This document shows, one piece after another, positions 31,979 through 47,000 of a DNA stretch of 64,000 nt; positions within the stretch are counted from its first letter, which is position 1; every line of letters starts with the position of its first letter. Origin of the DNA: the human T2T-CHM13v2.0 reference genome, Homo sapiens. A program made the translations under genes and the position numbers. The notes under the pieces are model-generated. The model was not told where the DNA came from and did not search any database. It was given only the letters and a program-made list of their open reading frames with translations. The DNA is taken from NCBI RefSeq assembly GCF_009914755.1, contig NC_060931.1; one strand, given 5' to 3'.

Positions 31979-33014
31979 TCAAGGTCCAAACTGAATCCAG
32001 AGATTTAGCATTTCAGCAGCCCTGCATGCAAGGAACAAGGCAATTTCAAATGATTGTCTTCCATTCATTCAAGCCAGGACATGGGATACAGGATTGTATT
32101 TCAGGTCTGCACTGGAAAGTAACGGAACATCATTTCCTTTTTAAAAAACGGGCATCTATGCCAAAACAACAGCTTCAGCTGATGTCTCCATGAATCTAAA
32201 TTCACGTGATCCACTGGTTGACCTGGGTCCCCGCCTTCCACCACCTGGCTTTGGTTCATTGTCTCCTTTCATTTCTGGGCTCTGTGATTGGAAACATCTG
32301 AGCAGGCGGCCCACACTCTGGTCCTCATCAGAACCAGTCAATATCCTGTGTGTGTGATCTGGCAAGGGAAGGGCTGGCCCGGCACCAGTTGTGTTTTCAC
32401 CTTTCATGGCTCCAACTGAGTTCAGCCCAAGCCTACGACCCAGTCACTGGGAAAACGTGAGCAATGGGATCTACACAACAATATTCCACAGTCAGCAGCT
32501 CCTGAACGTGCCGCAGCCACAGGGCTTACAGCCTCACAATAAAGCCCAGGGGTAGTAAAAAGTGAGCTCGCTGTTACAGAACAGTGAGTGCCACCTAGCT
32601 TCACTGTCATGGGACACACGCTGCAGGCAAATGCACTACTTGGTAGGAGATTCAGCAGTTCTGAGGAAGGGCCTCCAGCTCTCCAGGTACTGCAGCTTCC
32701 AGTGGTTCAAGTGTCCAGTGCAGGGGCCTGCAAAGCAAACACGGGCAGGAGAGGGGCTGCCAGTGTGGCCCAAGAGACCTGCAGGGCAAGCCAGCAGGAC
32801 ACGCCCCCCAGGGAGGGCCCAGGAGGTGCTGAGGTGCCCGGTACCCTGCCAAGGAAGCAGGTGGCGGCTGGGTCATCCTATGGGAGGGGAGGTGGCGCCA
32901 TGGGCCCAGGTGAGGGTGATCACCAAACCCTGGGGTTCAGGGATGCCGTGTTTAGACTCTGATTGTGGGTGGCGGTGAGTCTGTGGGCTTATTAGCCACA
33001 CACTGAATTCCTAA

Positions 33015-33491
<477 letters not shown>

Positions 33492-33519
33492 TGAGAGCAG
33501 GCCAGCCTGGGGGCAACAT

Positions 33520-33670
33520 CAGGCTCTGCCTCCGTGAGCTTGGGCAAGCTCCTTAACCTCTCTCGGCCTCAGTTTCTTGATTCGTAAAGTGGGGGTGATA
33601 ATAATAACACCCTCTACCTCTCAACATCCTGTGAGGATCCAGTGAGTTCACACAGCGCTCAGGTAAGCCC
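33520..33670 (+). mobile_element. MIR
   Basis: ttgggcaagctccttaacctctctcggcctcagtttc...ggggtgataataata. Confidence 0.75.
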
Positions 33671-35616
33671 TGGCAAGCCAACCCGAGCACGTGTTAACCA
33701 TTGTTATTAGTATTGTTCTCTGCACACCAGGGCTGGACCTCACCTTGCTGTAGCTCTTCCCACTTCCACAAAGGGCACACAGACAATGGCATTTGCAGTT
33801 GTGACATGTGCCTGCCTTTGCGGGGTGGGGGGTGCATGGCTTGTCCTACAGAAGGTGGGGACACTTCCTCTGGCTCCTCCTGACAGAGCAAGGTGCTGTC
33901 TGCTTGGAGGGGAAGCTGAAGGGTTTCAGCTCCTTGAACGGTACCCCCAGCTTTGCCTTCCCCCCTTGTGCAGACACTCACGTGTCCCCATGGCCACAGC
34001 CTGGTCCCTCTCACAGGTGGTGACACAGCCTCTTCCCAACAACATATGCCTTCATTCCTGAGGTCCTAGACTGGTGCACAGACCCTGTCCTCACCCAGAG
34101 AGCTGAGCTCTCCTGAAATGGGGCCTCACCCACTTTTCCAGCCCTATCTCCCCCCCACATCACACACTCCAGAACCAGCAGACCAATTCCTCAACAGGTC
34201 AGGGAGCTTATATCCCCTGCTTTCACACTCACAGCAACCCTGCAGAGTAGGAGTGACTATTCCCATTCTTTAGATGAGGAATCAAAGCTCAGAGAGGTTA
34301 AATAACTTGCCTAAGGCCACACAGCAGGACTGCAGGCTTCGTGATGGCAGGGACCCAGTCTGTCATATTCATTGTTGGACTTTCCAGCATCTAGCTTAAT
34401 GCCAGGCGCATGACAGGTGCTCACTCATTCATTCAACAAACATTAATGAGCAAATGGATAAGCAGCCAGAGATGAGAGAAACGGGGGTCCTCACCCAGAT
34501 CCTGCCCACTCCCAAGCTCTCCCTCCTTCCTGACATCTGGCTACGTCTCTGCACAGCGTTAGCTATTCCCTGCCTATCCTGACCACTGCTGTCCCCTGCA
34601 CCTATCCTCATGCTTGTCCTGCCACCCGGAACCCACTGTTCAGCTGCAGACCTGGACAGGCAGGCATAGGAAGGCATAAGGACACAGTTGACAGATAGCA
34701 ACAATTCTAGATTGAGACAGGCAGTGCCTCTGACAGAGAACCTGGGACCAGCTGCTGGTCCTGGAGGAATAATGAGCTTGGATGGGGGACATAGAGTCTG
34801 AGATACTGAAAGTGAACGCATCCACATACTCTGGGCTGGAGACAGGGAGGGGCAGATCGGCAGAGCAGAGCCAAACCAAGTGAGGTCAAGGGGCAGACGG
34901 AGGAGCAGCCCCACTGCATCGGGGCTTCCACGTGTGCGGGGCTTGTCTCACTTCCCCACGATCTCAACATACAGTGCAGCAGCCAGACCAGTCTCCCAAA
35001 ACGCTGCTTATGCCTGGCACTCCCCGGCTTAAGAACCAGCCAGGAGTCAAGGGCTCCCCGTTCTTCCTTGTCTGCTCAGACAAGTGCTGGGGCCTGCAGC
35101 TTTTTCAGATGCCTTTGAGGGCTATGGCTCCCACAGGAGACACGTACAGCCCCAAGCACTAAGACCCTGGTGACTCTTTGCTGTCACATTAGCCACTGGC
35201 TCATCATTTTACTCAGCTCCAGAGGAAACCCAACTCCTCGAGTAATTCTTTGGTTTTTCTTCAAAGTCCCCAGTCCACCACTGGCTCTGCCTTTTAAGCT
35301 GGACATAGGAAAGCTTTCTGGATGTCAGTGAGGCCAGACCACAGCACACATGAGCAGGAACAGCATGAAGCTGCTTTCCCCAGAGCCCCTGGGCCAGAGG
35401 GCATTGCTCAGTTACTGGCCAGAACTGGAGAGTGAGATGGGGAGGATCAGCAGGGACGGCTGGAGTCACTGAAAGATAGGTTTGGGGCTTTGCTCTCTGC
35501 TTTCTTCTTGTGTGACCTTGGACAACGGACTTGGCCTTCTTGAACCTCCAAGTCTTCATTTGTACAGTGAGATGCTACTATCTCTTTGACAAATATTTTA
35601 ATTTTCTCTATTTTAG

Positions 35617-35691
35617 GTACCGCTGCAGCTAGAATCCAAATCTGCCCTAGGTCCAAAAAATGGTGTCTATATCAAGATCGTATCCCGCTGA
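35617..35691 (+). CDS. TBXAS1: TBXAS1 terminal exon, coding part
   Basis: Strong U-rich acceptor ttttctctattttAG|GTACCG. Encodes VPLQLESKSALGPKNGVYIKIVSR, TGA at 35689-35691. Confidence 0.96.
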   Translation, partial: VPLQLESKSALGPKNGVYIKIVSR

Positions 35692-35848
35692 CACAGAAGG
35701 CTGCCGGGTGGGGGGAGGGCACCCCCAAATTCAAAGAAAACCCTAAGTGTGGATGTTCAGAATTTTGGAAAAATGTCACTGAAGTGATTGAAAGAGTGCC
35801 TGGCATGCAAGGATAAGAGGTTCTTTACATAACATTTCCTAAATGCTT

Positions 35849-35854
35849 AATAAA
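35849..35854 (+). terminator. TBXAS1: TBXAS1 polyadenylation signal
   Basis: AATAAA ~160 nt after the stop, followed by GT/T-rich sequence (gtttgttg, ttggttttg). Confidence 0.85.
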
Positions 35855-36208
35855 CGTTTGTTGCACTTGGTTTTGACATTGCCAATGGGGTTTGAACCAG
35901 TGCTCTCTCTAAATGAAGAATTGCTGATAAATAAGTGAAAATGTAGTTTTGACAAAACAACTGAGAATGTGGGGTTTTAAAGGAAGTCCCAGGCTTGTGC
36001 TGAAAGGAATCCATGGTGCAGGGCACATGAGGACCCCCAGGTAAGCCTGTCCTGATGGCACTAGCTCGTGGCTCTTTCAGCTTCTCGTGCATTGTGGAGT
36101 TGTAGAGAATGACATTTATCGAAAGTTCAACCTCAGCAGTGGTTCCAAAGCTTTATTATGCTTTGATTTTCCTAGGTAGGGTAGTACCAACTTTACAGTC
36201 AAGTTTCA

Positions 36209-36599
<391 letters not shown>

Positions 36600-38959
36600 T
36601 CAAAGAATCAAAATATAGAGGTGATTTTTTTTGTAAAAATAAGTATTGTGTTGCTAAGCAGTTCACATTCAACCAAGCACTTGCAAGGTCAGTCTCACGA
36701 TCAGCCACCAGCAGCTGCGCATTCATGGCTGCTGGTGAAGAGCCGTATCACCTCCCTGTGCCTCAGAGACCTCTTCTGTAAAATAAGGAGGCTGGCCTCG
36801 ATCAAAAGACCACTTGTCCTCTAGTTGACACCTGAGCAGCTTTAAGAGGTTGAATGTTGTATAGAGAACGATCTTGTAGAAATCTGTAAGCCCCTTATGT
36901 GACACCCAGATGCTGACGACCCACCTTTAGAAACTTCAGGCCATTTTGGGAGAGTTGGCAGAATGAGTTTCCACATATTCACTGCTGGGACTGCTGCTTC
37001 CACTGTTTGGTGGTCCCCCATCCCCTTCAGCCAGGAGCACCCACTGTATCCCTCAAAATCCCCCTTGGGGGGCCCCTTCTCTTATTCTCTGGCCCTCCAG
37101 GCAGGAAGAGGACACCCCAGCTGCCCAGCACTGGGCCAGGCCTGTGAGTGACTGCTGCCTCAAGGTGTAGGGCTGTCCTGTGGCCCTCCCCACACCCTTG
37201 TTGCCACCACCTGCCCTTCTCCATCACCTGGCCCCTCTGCAATGCCCAGCCTGGGACTCAGACTCACTGGAGAAAACCATCCACCCCTGGGAACCTGTCG
37301 GCCTCCCTGCCTGTCCCACAATCCCTGACCTCCCCACGGCTGCCGCCACCATAGAACCTCAGCCTGCAGACAGGCCCAATGGCGCACTCAGCTCCCTGCT
37401 TGGAGCACAGCCCCACAACCTGAGTCCTCCCTTGGGACCTCCGGCCCCGCCCCCCGGCCTGTCAGCTCCATCCAGCTTCCCTCGCCTTCCCAGCTCAGTT
37501 GGTCACCACCTTCAGACACAGTGGTAGAGGCTTCCTCATGTGCTGGGGTCACTGGACTCCAGTCCTTCTACTGTGTGAGGCCACCAACCCCACCTCTGCT
37601 TAAATCCCACTGTTCACATCCAACACCAGGTATCACAGGGCAGGGAACCGCACCGCCTGGTCCTCCAAAAAACCCTCTTGCTAGATTCCCAACTGAGTCC
37701 TCACAAAGATTCTGGCCAATCCCACACACATACACCCATGTCCCAGACCCTACCACCTCTTGGCACCAAACATCTTGAGAGTCACAGTCATTTCCACCCC
37801 TTCCCATCACAATGCCCACCCTTTCTGCACCGGCAGGAACGGCTCCCTCCCCGTCATCAAGCAATCTGGCCATGTGGCTCCCACCCTCCCTAGCATTGCT
37901 GGTCCAAGGAGTTGCTCTTCCTAACCTGCTTTCTTCCAGGTCACCCAGCCATGGCTGCCAGAGTCTTCACAGCTCAGTGGACTTTTCCGGAGCAACTGAG
38001 CATCTCCCACCGGATCCCTCTGGCCGCCCTCCCCATCTACACCCCCAGTGAACCAGTTCTGCTCCCCAAATCTCCCCAGCTCCCAGATGATTCAGAAGCA
38101 TAGAATCAGTTCACTTACATGCAAGACCTTAGCAACAGACATGCATCTGATTTAATGGTTTTCTCTGACACCTCTTTGCCCCTGCCCAACTACACCATAG
38201 CAGGACCAATGACTTAATGAAAAAGCAATGAGTGAAATGGCAGGATCAGTCAGGCTGTGAGGAAATTTGGAGGGGGTTCTGAAAATCATACCATGGGCAA
38301 CCATGTGGCTGACCCAGCTGCTGGGTGAAGCTGTGTTGTTCTTGCTGTTCCTCTGGTCATTTACCTTGGCTCTCCTCCAGCTTGACTGCACTTGCCTGTG
38401 TTAAGGTTTCAGATCACTCCAAAGATGGAAAAATGGGTTCATATTCACCTTGGACCTGAGAAATACAGGCAAGCCAACTGAAGCCCAAGCAGCAAGTCGC
38501 CAGCAGACACACGTCCTCAGGAAGGTGGAGGCTGGGCAAAAAGCATGTAGTGAGGACCGAGTAGGGAGGGCTGACAGCCTGGTGACACCAGTGGCCCCGC
38601 CAGCCCCTCTGCCAACAGGGCCAGAACCAGCCAAAGCCCAGAAGGGAGGCTCCTGTAAACTGCCACGTGTGAGGGACACACACAACACTCTCTCCACATG
38701 CACAGCACATTGCTCAGTGGTGAACCTGGGTCTTACGGGGCCTGAAACTTATCTACGAATTGGAGGAAAGAGAAAAAAAAAGTGTAACATTTGCAAATTT
38801 TATCAAAACCTATGACCATGTGACCATATTGCTAGGGTCCCTCCTAGGGCCTGGGGAGGGGCTCCAGCAAGTGAGGGGCCCTGAACCTTCAGCTTCACTG
38901 TCTTCTTAATAAATCCATACGTAGCTCACCAAGCCGTGTCATCAGCTCTGTCACAGCCC

Positions 38960-39256
38960 TGATAACGGTCTGAATGTTACGACCCCCAAAATTCCAATGT
39001 TGAAATCCTCACCCCTGAGGTGATAGTATTTAAAGTAGAGGTGATTAGACCACCAGGGCGGAGCCCTCATGAATGAGATTCAGTGCCTTTATAAAAGAGG
39101 CCCTTCCACCGCGTAGGGTTACAGTGAGAAGACTGAATCTATGAGGAAGCAGGAGGTTGCACTTTATAGACTCCAAACCCGGTAAATAAACGTCTGCTGT
39201 TGATGAGCCGTCCAGTCAATGGTGTTTTGTTACAGAAGTCCAAATGAACAAAGGCA
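38960..39256 (+). mobile_element. MaLR solo LTR (MLT1A-like)
   Basis: TG...CA ends; gttgaaatcctcacccc...ggagccctcatgaatgagatt...aataaa; flanks agccc/atccc. Confidence 0.8.
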
Positions 39257-39356
39257 ATCCCTGACTCTCAGAAAAACGCCTGGCACTCAGTAGGTGCTCA
39301 ATCAATAGACGCAGAAAAATGAGCTTCAGTCTTCATCCACTTCGGATAAATTTTCT

Positions 39357-39362
39357 TTTATT
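39357..39362 (-). terminator. PARP12: PARP12 distal polyadenylation signal (3'UTR ~0.8 kb)
   Basis: TTTATT on + (AATAAA on -) is the first canonical hexamer I found downstream of the stop at 40152. Confidence 0.8.
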
Positions 39363-40151
39363 TCCATACTCTTTTGTGACATGTGTGGCACAAGTATTCA
39401 ATCTCACAGGGATGTTAAAACCCACACTCGAAGGGTGTCCAGTGTGCTTAGGAAATGTGGGTTTGCGCAATCACAGGCCAAGCCTGGGGGTCCTCGGGGA
39501 AGCTACTCCTCCAGGTCACCTGCCAGGTGGATGCACTTCCTTGGGCAATGGGTGACCCTCCCAGGACAAGGGGAACCAGCAGGGACTCGATGGCACCACA
39601 CAGCAGCCACCTGTTCTGACAATGTGACACAGACCAACTAATGCCAGAGCCCAGGAGAAGCCACAGCAGAGCTGCCTGGGTTGGTGTCAGAGCAACAGGC
39701 AGAAGTGACTGTGCCGCCCGTGGGCTGTCATCCACCGGTGGCTACTGTGTCATTCTGGAAAAACTATGATGCCATGAGACTCTGAGAAACCGAATCACTG
39801 CAGAGACAAACTCATAAAAATTAAAACCAATCCATAAAATTGTATCTAGAAACTCTGTCCCTGGTGCCAATAAGCAGCAAAGTCAACAAAGAGTAAAAAC
39901 TAAAACTTCAACACATTATTAAAAAGCAAAACTGGACTCAACTACAATCACTTCTGGTTAATCCACTAGTGAACCCAAAAGTGACTTAAAAGTAAAAATC
40001 ATTATTAGCAAGAGATTAAGAACATAACTTCATTGAGAGGTCAATGTTAAGAGAACAGTTCATTAAAAGTTTCTGTTTAAAAAGAAAAGGAAAGGCCCAA
40101 ATAGCCATTTCAAGGCAGAGCAGGTGAAAGGCCTGGAACACTCCTGTGCGC

Positions 40152-40477
40152 TCACTGTCGGCTGCTGAACAGGGAGCCCAAGGCCAGCAGGATGGAGGGT
40201 GTGACCGAGGGCTTGGAGGAGGTGGTGTACTGGATGACATACTCTGGGTAGACCTGGTGTTTCTCAAAGATCACAAAGATGGAGGGGTCGGACACACTGT
40301 TCACGCAGCTATCATAGAAGGCGTTGCTCCAGCCCTCCTTGGCCGGCGGACGGACAAAGGAGGCATTGCCCCTGACGAACTCGCCCACCAGCACCCGGGC
40401 CAGGAACATCGTGTGGGTCTGCGTGTCGGATTTGCTGTAGTGGTGGGAATATGCAGCATCTCGGGCAAAGTAGCTCC
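40152..40477 (-). CDS. PARP12: PARP12 terminal coding exon, C-terminal part of the ART domain
   Basis: tttcAG|GG AGC TAC TTT. Encodes (G)SYFARDAAYSHHYSKSDTQTHTMFLARVLVGEF...SVSDPSIFVIFEKHQVYPEYVIQY...SSRQ*. Triad Tyr at 40470-40472 and Ile at 40278-40280. Confidence 0.97.
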
Positions 40478-41788
40478 CTGAAATGACACACGAGGGCTCA
40501 GCTGGTGGAGGGGCCTGCAGCCAGGAAGGGTCAGCACACTGCGAATAGCGTCCTGGTGATGTGCAACGCCAGGGCCTCTACTCTTCCACCCCGCATCTCC
40601 CTCCCTCCCTCTGTGCCATGTCTCCACTCTCCCTCATGAAGTCACATGCATCAGTGATACCAACACCCTTCTGAGTGGCAGCATCTGAGGAGTTACCAAA
40701 CTGAGATAGCAAATTCCTTTCAAGTTCCGGATCTGCCCCACGAAACCTAAAGGCCTGTGGACACGTCACTACTTAATCCCCCAAACCTCAGATTCCTCAG
40801 GCATAAAATGGGGCTGTTCAGCCCAACCTTACAGGGTTGGCATGGAAAATGAATGAGATCCCATATACGGAAGCAGTCTGTAGACTCTGGCAGCCCAATG
40901 TATAGAATTATGAGCCTTGTCAAATGGAAATCTGAGTTAGAAGCTGTCACCTGTACATTTAAATCCACAAGTCTACCACTGGCTGCTGTCCATCTTGACC
41001 CCTTGCCATCGCTGCCTCAGACGGAAACTGACTAACAAAGAACTGATGGACCCGGAACATGGACTGCTGGGCAGAAAATGTTCTCAACTTGGTAAGCATA
41101 TTGTGGTTACAGAAGATAATGTCCTGTTCTTGGGATGTGTTAAAGGGTGAAAGGAGACAATATATGCCACCTACCTGAAAATGGTGCAGAAAGAGAGAGG
41201 GAGAGAGAAAGAGAGAAGTGGCAGCATGTTAAAACCAATGAACGCAGGTAAAATTTACCCAAAGAGGTTTTTTTTAATTATTATTATTCCAATTTTCTTG
41301 AATTTCGATTTCCAAAGAAATAGTATTTTAAAATTTTCTTTGGCAAGTTTAAAAATAACAGACAAGAAAACACTCAGATAACTCACGTGATAGCTAGAAT
41401 ACATGTTTACATGAGTATCTCTGAGGGTTTCTGGTTTCTATTCTAAGGAAATCAATAGTAAAGGCACAGTCAGGGACTTCATCAGGGCTGGGAAGGTATC
41501 CCCTCTCCTCTCCCGTCTCTGTCACCATCTCCCAGGGCCTCTGCTCCACAGGGAAGCAACACCCCAGCCTAGGCAGGCCACCCTGCCCACACCTGGGGCC
41601 AAGCTCCTGACCATGCCCAGAGGAGCAAGAGCAAGGATGTGACTGGTAGCTGTGCCCAGGTACCACCACACATGGAGTCTGAACCTGCTCATCAGCTCAG
41701 GCTGGTCCCCTCATGCCCTCTAGCAGTCTGTTCCTATGCAGGGGCAAAGCAACATGGGTTTTGCTGGTGGAGGCCAGTCATGCCTTAC

Positions 41789-41940
41789 CCTTGCCGTAGG
41801 AAGTGCCATGAACACCACAGACCCGCCAGTCAAAGTTCTGCTGGCAGATGGCGTCCACAAAAATGGCGCTGGTGCCGTGGAACAGCTGCCGCTCGTCCAC
41901 GGCCTTCCCTCCATTCTGCTTCTGCATCTGTCCTTTTTGC
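41789..41940 (-). CDS. PARP12: PARP12 exon with catalytic His (LFHGT), 152 bp
   Basis: ttctAG|G CAA AAA...AAG G|GTaagg. Encodes QKGQMQKQNGGKAVDERQLFHGTSAIFVDAICQQNFDWRVCGVHGTSYGK; His codon at 41877-41879. Confidence 0.97.
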
Positions 41941-42868
41941 CTAGAATCACAGAAGAATGTGTGCTGGGGGCAGAGTGTGCCGGCCACCAAATACAGCCGG
42001 CCTGATGCAAAACAACACATTTTTCCAAAATTCCAAAAGTGTCCTGGGACCAAGAGACGCAGGTCACAGGCTACCCTGACTAGGCCTGTAAGGCTCCAGC
42101 CACAAGCCAGGGTGTGGAAAAGAAGGGGGATCGTGGGAGCTGGGTGAAAACCCTCCCTCCACAGCTCCAGACAGCAGCGGTTCCCTGGACTCCAAAAGCA
42201 GAGCAGCCCTTGGAAAATGGGTACCATTTCCCCCAACCCCACCCCCACCTTGCTCCTGCATGGAGCTGAGCCCTGGGATGCTGTAGGAATTTTCAGGCTG
42301 CTGGTCAGTGGGTGCCCATCCTTCTCCCCTCTCCCATTCCCAGACTTCATCACTGTGCACAGAGTACACATTACACTACCCCAACCCCATCTGGGGACAG
42401 GTCAGCAAGACCCAGCCTGCCATGGTGACCTATTGTAGGATTCCTCCCCACATAGACAGGTGAGTGGGTGCTCAAGGACAAGCCAGTCCTCATGTATGAA
42501 CCTGAGACCCCTGCTGTCTAGCCACAGCCTTATGTTCCTGGGGCTAATGGTGTGGTGGGCTGTACTGACCCATCCCACTGGTCTCCAGGAAGGCAGAATG
42601 GACAAGTGAGAGTGCTAGCTTTGCCACCACTCATGAACGGGACCAGGTGGTATGCTCCAGGAAGCCTCGGTGCCCTCATCTCTACAATGGGATGTGCTAC
42701 CACACTGCCCTGGGGGAGCGGACGAAGGAGAGCAGACACACAGCTCCCAGCACATGGCAGCCCTAACTGCCGCTCTGCTTTTCCTGGAAACCCGGGCCAC
42801 ATGTGGCAACCAGCCAGTGGTGTGAAGGGACAGAGTCACCAGCCCACCAAGAGCGAGCCCCAACGCAC

Positions 42869-42999
42869 CACTGGTAGACTTCCCAGAGGGCCAGGTTCTG
42901 TACTCGCTCAATCTTCTGAACAAAGTAGAAAGGCAGCGTGCGGTTAAAGAGGTTCCAGACCTTCTGATACTCTTCCGAGGAAGAACTAAGGGTGATCTT
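42869..42999 (-). CDS. PARP12: PARP12 exon, start of the ART domain, 131 bp
   Basis: ttgcAG|AAG ATC...CAG TG|GTgcgt. Encodes KITLSSSSEEYQKVWNLFNRTLPFYFVQKIERVQNLALWEVYQ, with the PARP-type IERVQN motif. Confidence 0.96.
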
Positions 43000-43154
43000 C
43001 TGCAAGGGGCAAATGTTTTTAATGCATTACCATCAACGTGCAGAATATAAATCAGTCCCTTCCCAAAGCTTCTTGTAAACACTAGAACCGCAGAAGCACA
43101 AAAGCCCAGAGAGCAGTGACCACATTCTCCTGTGGTTTCTCCAGGCACAGGAGA

Positions 43155-43331
43155 CAATCGGTCCTCATGAAATGTCATTGATAGGTTCTTGGAAACTGCA
43201 ATTTTAAGTAAAACAACAAACCTCTTGTTTATGTCAGTTAGCATATGGGAAATTGGTTTCGTTAGACAGTATGTTGTGCCACTTTAAGTCAGTTTCCAAG
43301 AACCTACTGATGATGTTGAGGATTTACTATG
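43155..43331. mobile_element. Internally deleted TcMar-Tigger MITE (MER82-like)
   Basis: Long terminal inverted repeats including a perfect 17-bp taggttcttggaaactg / cagtttccaagaaccta pair. Confidence 0.7.
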
Positions 43332-44205
43332 TTTGCAAATTGTAGTCACTTTGCTCCTCATCACTGTGAAACCAATCTAAAGGACAGACACGTGATGCTT
43401 AAGCCACCATCGAGGGTATCCCCTGGATGTCCCTGCCTTTTTTTTTTCTTGTCCCACACAGGTCAAAGACACAGGTTGGACTACATGGTCCAAGGACCAC
43501 AGAGTCGTCTAGACAAACATGTTGAACCCCTTTAGGTCCTTAGCACTTCTTGCCTGCACTGTTGGCATCTGCATGTGCCTTATACAAGCTCAATAAGTCC
43601 TCCCAGGACAGGGACCGTCACGTTTTAAAGCTGAGTTAGACAGTGCTCGGCAGCCGGCCAGCTGGCAGACATCAGCCCAGGTGCAGACGGGCAGCCTCAG
43701 ATGTTAGTCTGCGTACTCTCCTGCACTCAGCACAGCTCCCACTGGTCAGAGCCCCTCAACAAGCTGCCAAATTGACTGTCCATTCTCCTGTCTGCTAGTC
43801 GTGAATGCCTTCCCTCCTGACAGTAACCCCATTCCAAATGTCCATCGGACTCAGGTCCTCCCCAGGCTGCTTCTCCTTTTCTCGCTTAATAAAATTGGTA
43901 TTTATTGGTTAAGCCCAGCCCATAAACTCATTTCTGCCCTTTCTAGCAAATTTCACGCTCATCCTCCTCCCTCCACAAGACAACCCCTCCCCTCAGAGCC
44001 ACAGCCAACTCCTGGGTGGTGAAAAAACAAAACCCTCTGCAAAAAACAAAAACAAAAATAAAGCCCACATCTGTCACTGCCCTCCTGCCCCAATTAGCCC
44101 CAGCCTTACAGCTTCTTCAGTGTTGAGGAATGGCACAGTCTGTTCACACACACCCACTTCTACAGAACACCTTCCTGTCCAGCCCCAGGCGCATGCGTCC
44201 CCTAC

Positions 44206-44281
44206 CTGAAAGCCTGGGTCTGGCAGGGCAGAGGAGTCCCAATAGTCTGGGATGCTCTTCGGGCCTGGAAACTTGGTATTG
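44206..44281 (-). CDS. PARP12: PARP12 linker exon, 76 bp
   Basis: ttgtAG|C AAT...TTT CAG|GTaggg. Encodes (C)NTKFPGPKSIPDYWDSSALPDPGFQ; phases match both neighbours. Confidence 0.95.
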
Positions 44282-44577
44282 CTACAAAAATGTAAACAAA
44301 AACACGTAGACATTTTATTCTTACACAAAGCAAATATACCATAGGTGGTCTCTGCTAGCCAATATCACCAGTCTTGAGTCTCAGCACATCATATTTCAAG
44401 AGCAGGTAGAAGGCAAGGAAGAATGTTAGCACGATATTCACAACATGAGAGCACTTTTATCTTTGCCTATGTAGCCAAACTCCAAACAGTCCTGAGAGAT
44501 CTATTTCTCGCCTGTGTCCCAACTACCACACAAAAGGGATAAAAGGGATGGAGTACATGGTTAAAGGAGCACACACA

Positions 44578-44970
44578 CAGCCATAAACCTTTATCCACAA
44601 TTCTGAAATTCTAAGAGCTCTAAAGACATTTTTTTAAGGCCTCGATGAGGTATAATTGACATTTTAAAACTTTTTATACAGCTCAGGAAAAGCAGGAGAA
44701 AATATGAAATAAAACATTTTTTGAAAAACATAAAAGTGACATCAAAAGTCATTTGGCAGTAGAAATTTGACTGAAGTTAGTAAGAGGCCACTGTGATCTG
44801 TATCTATCCTTCTTAAACTGACTATGCATATTGTTTACTGCAGAAATATTAATGTGCTAAAATACAGAGTGTCACGTGATACAAGCATCACATTATCTTT
44901 CTAAAAATTAAATAAAAGCAGTTCAAAAGACATATGGATCAAGGGTTCAGGAACAAGGACTGTGAAACTA
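44578..44970. mobile_element. Tigger-derived element (MER46C-like)
   Basis: ctttatccacaattctgaaatt...ctgcagaaatattaatgtg...cattatctttctaaaa pattern, by recall. Confidence 0.45.
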
Positions 44971-45089
44971 TAATTACAAATCATTCCTATTAAGTTTCAG
45001 AATACACTGTTCTTTCTAAATAGATCTACCTTCTGTTTCTGCTGGCATGAAACATATACCTTCATCCTAAGCCTCAAAGAACTCCCACA

Positions 45090-46279
<1,190 letters not shown>

Positions 46280-46498
46280 CAGCCTTGTCCAACCTGCAGC
46301 CCGCAGGCTGCATGTAACCCAGGACAGCTTTGAATGTGACCCAACACAAATCTGTAAACTTTCTTAAAACATTATGAGATTTTCTTGTGGTTTTTATTCT
46401 TTTAGTTCAGCTATCGTTAGTGTTAGTGTATTTTATGTGTGGACCAATTCTTTTTCCTCTAATGTGGCCTGGGAAAGCCAAAAGATTGGACACCCCTG
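46280..46498 (-). mobile_element. MER30 (hAT-Charlie MITE)
   Basis: Ends cagccttgtccaa / ttggacacccctg; 8-bp TSD atcgaagg / atctaagg; internal gttagtgttagtgtattttatgtgtgg. Confidence 0.9.
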
Positions 46499-46766
46499 AT
46501 CTAAGGTAATCTGAAAGGACAAAGTGGTAAAAATGTGAGTAAATTTAATGAAACTTTCAGAGTATAAAATAATGGTGCCTCTTGAGGTTTAAAAAAAGTT
46601 GAGAGGAAGGCAAATGGAAGAAAAGATAGGAGGGCAAAGATATTGATTTACTTGTACTTAAGTGAAGAACATGTAGTTTCTACCATAGCCTTTAAAATAT
46701 ACATATACACAAAAGAAGGTAAGAAAAGAAAAAATAAGACCCAATCACATGAATGAAACATTTTCA

Positions 46767-47000
<234 letters not shown>

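Noticed and set aside
41301-41313. ISRE-like aatttcgatttcc in the last PARP12 intron
   Set aside because: A single imperfect match in an AT-rich, probably repeat-derived stretch; expected by chance.
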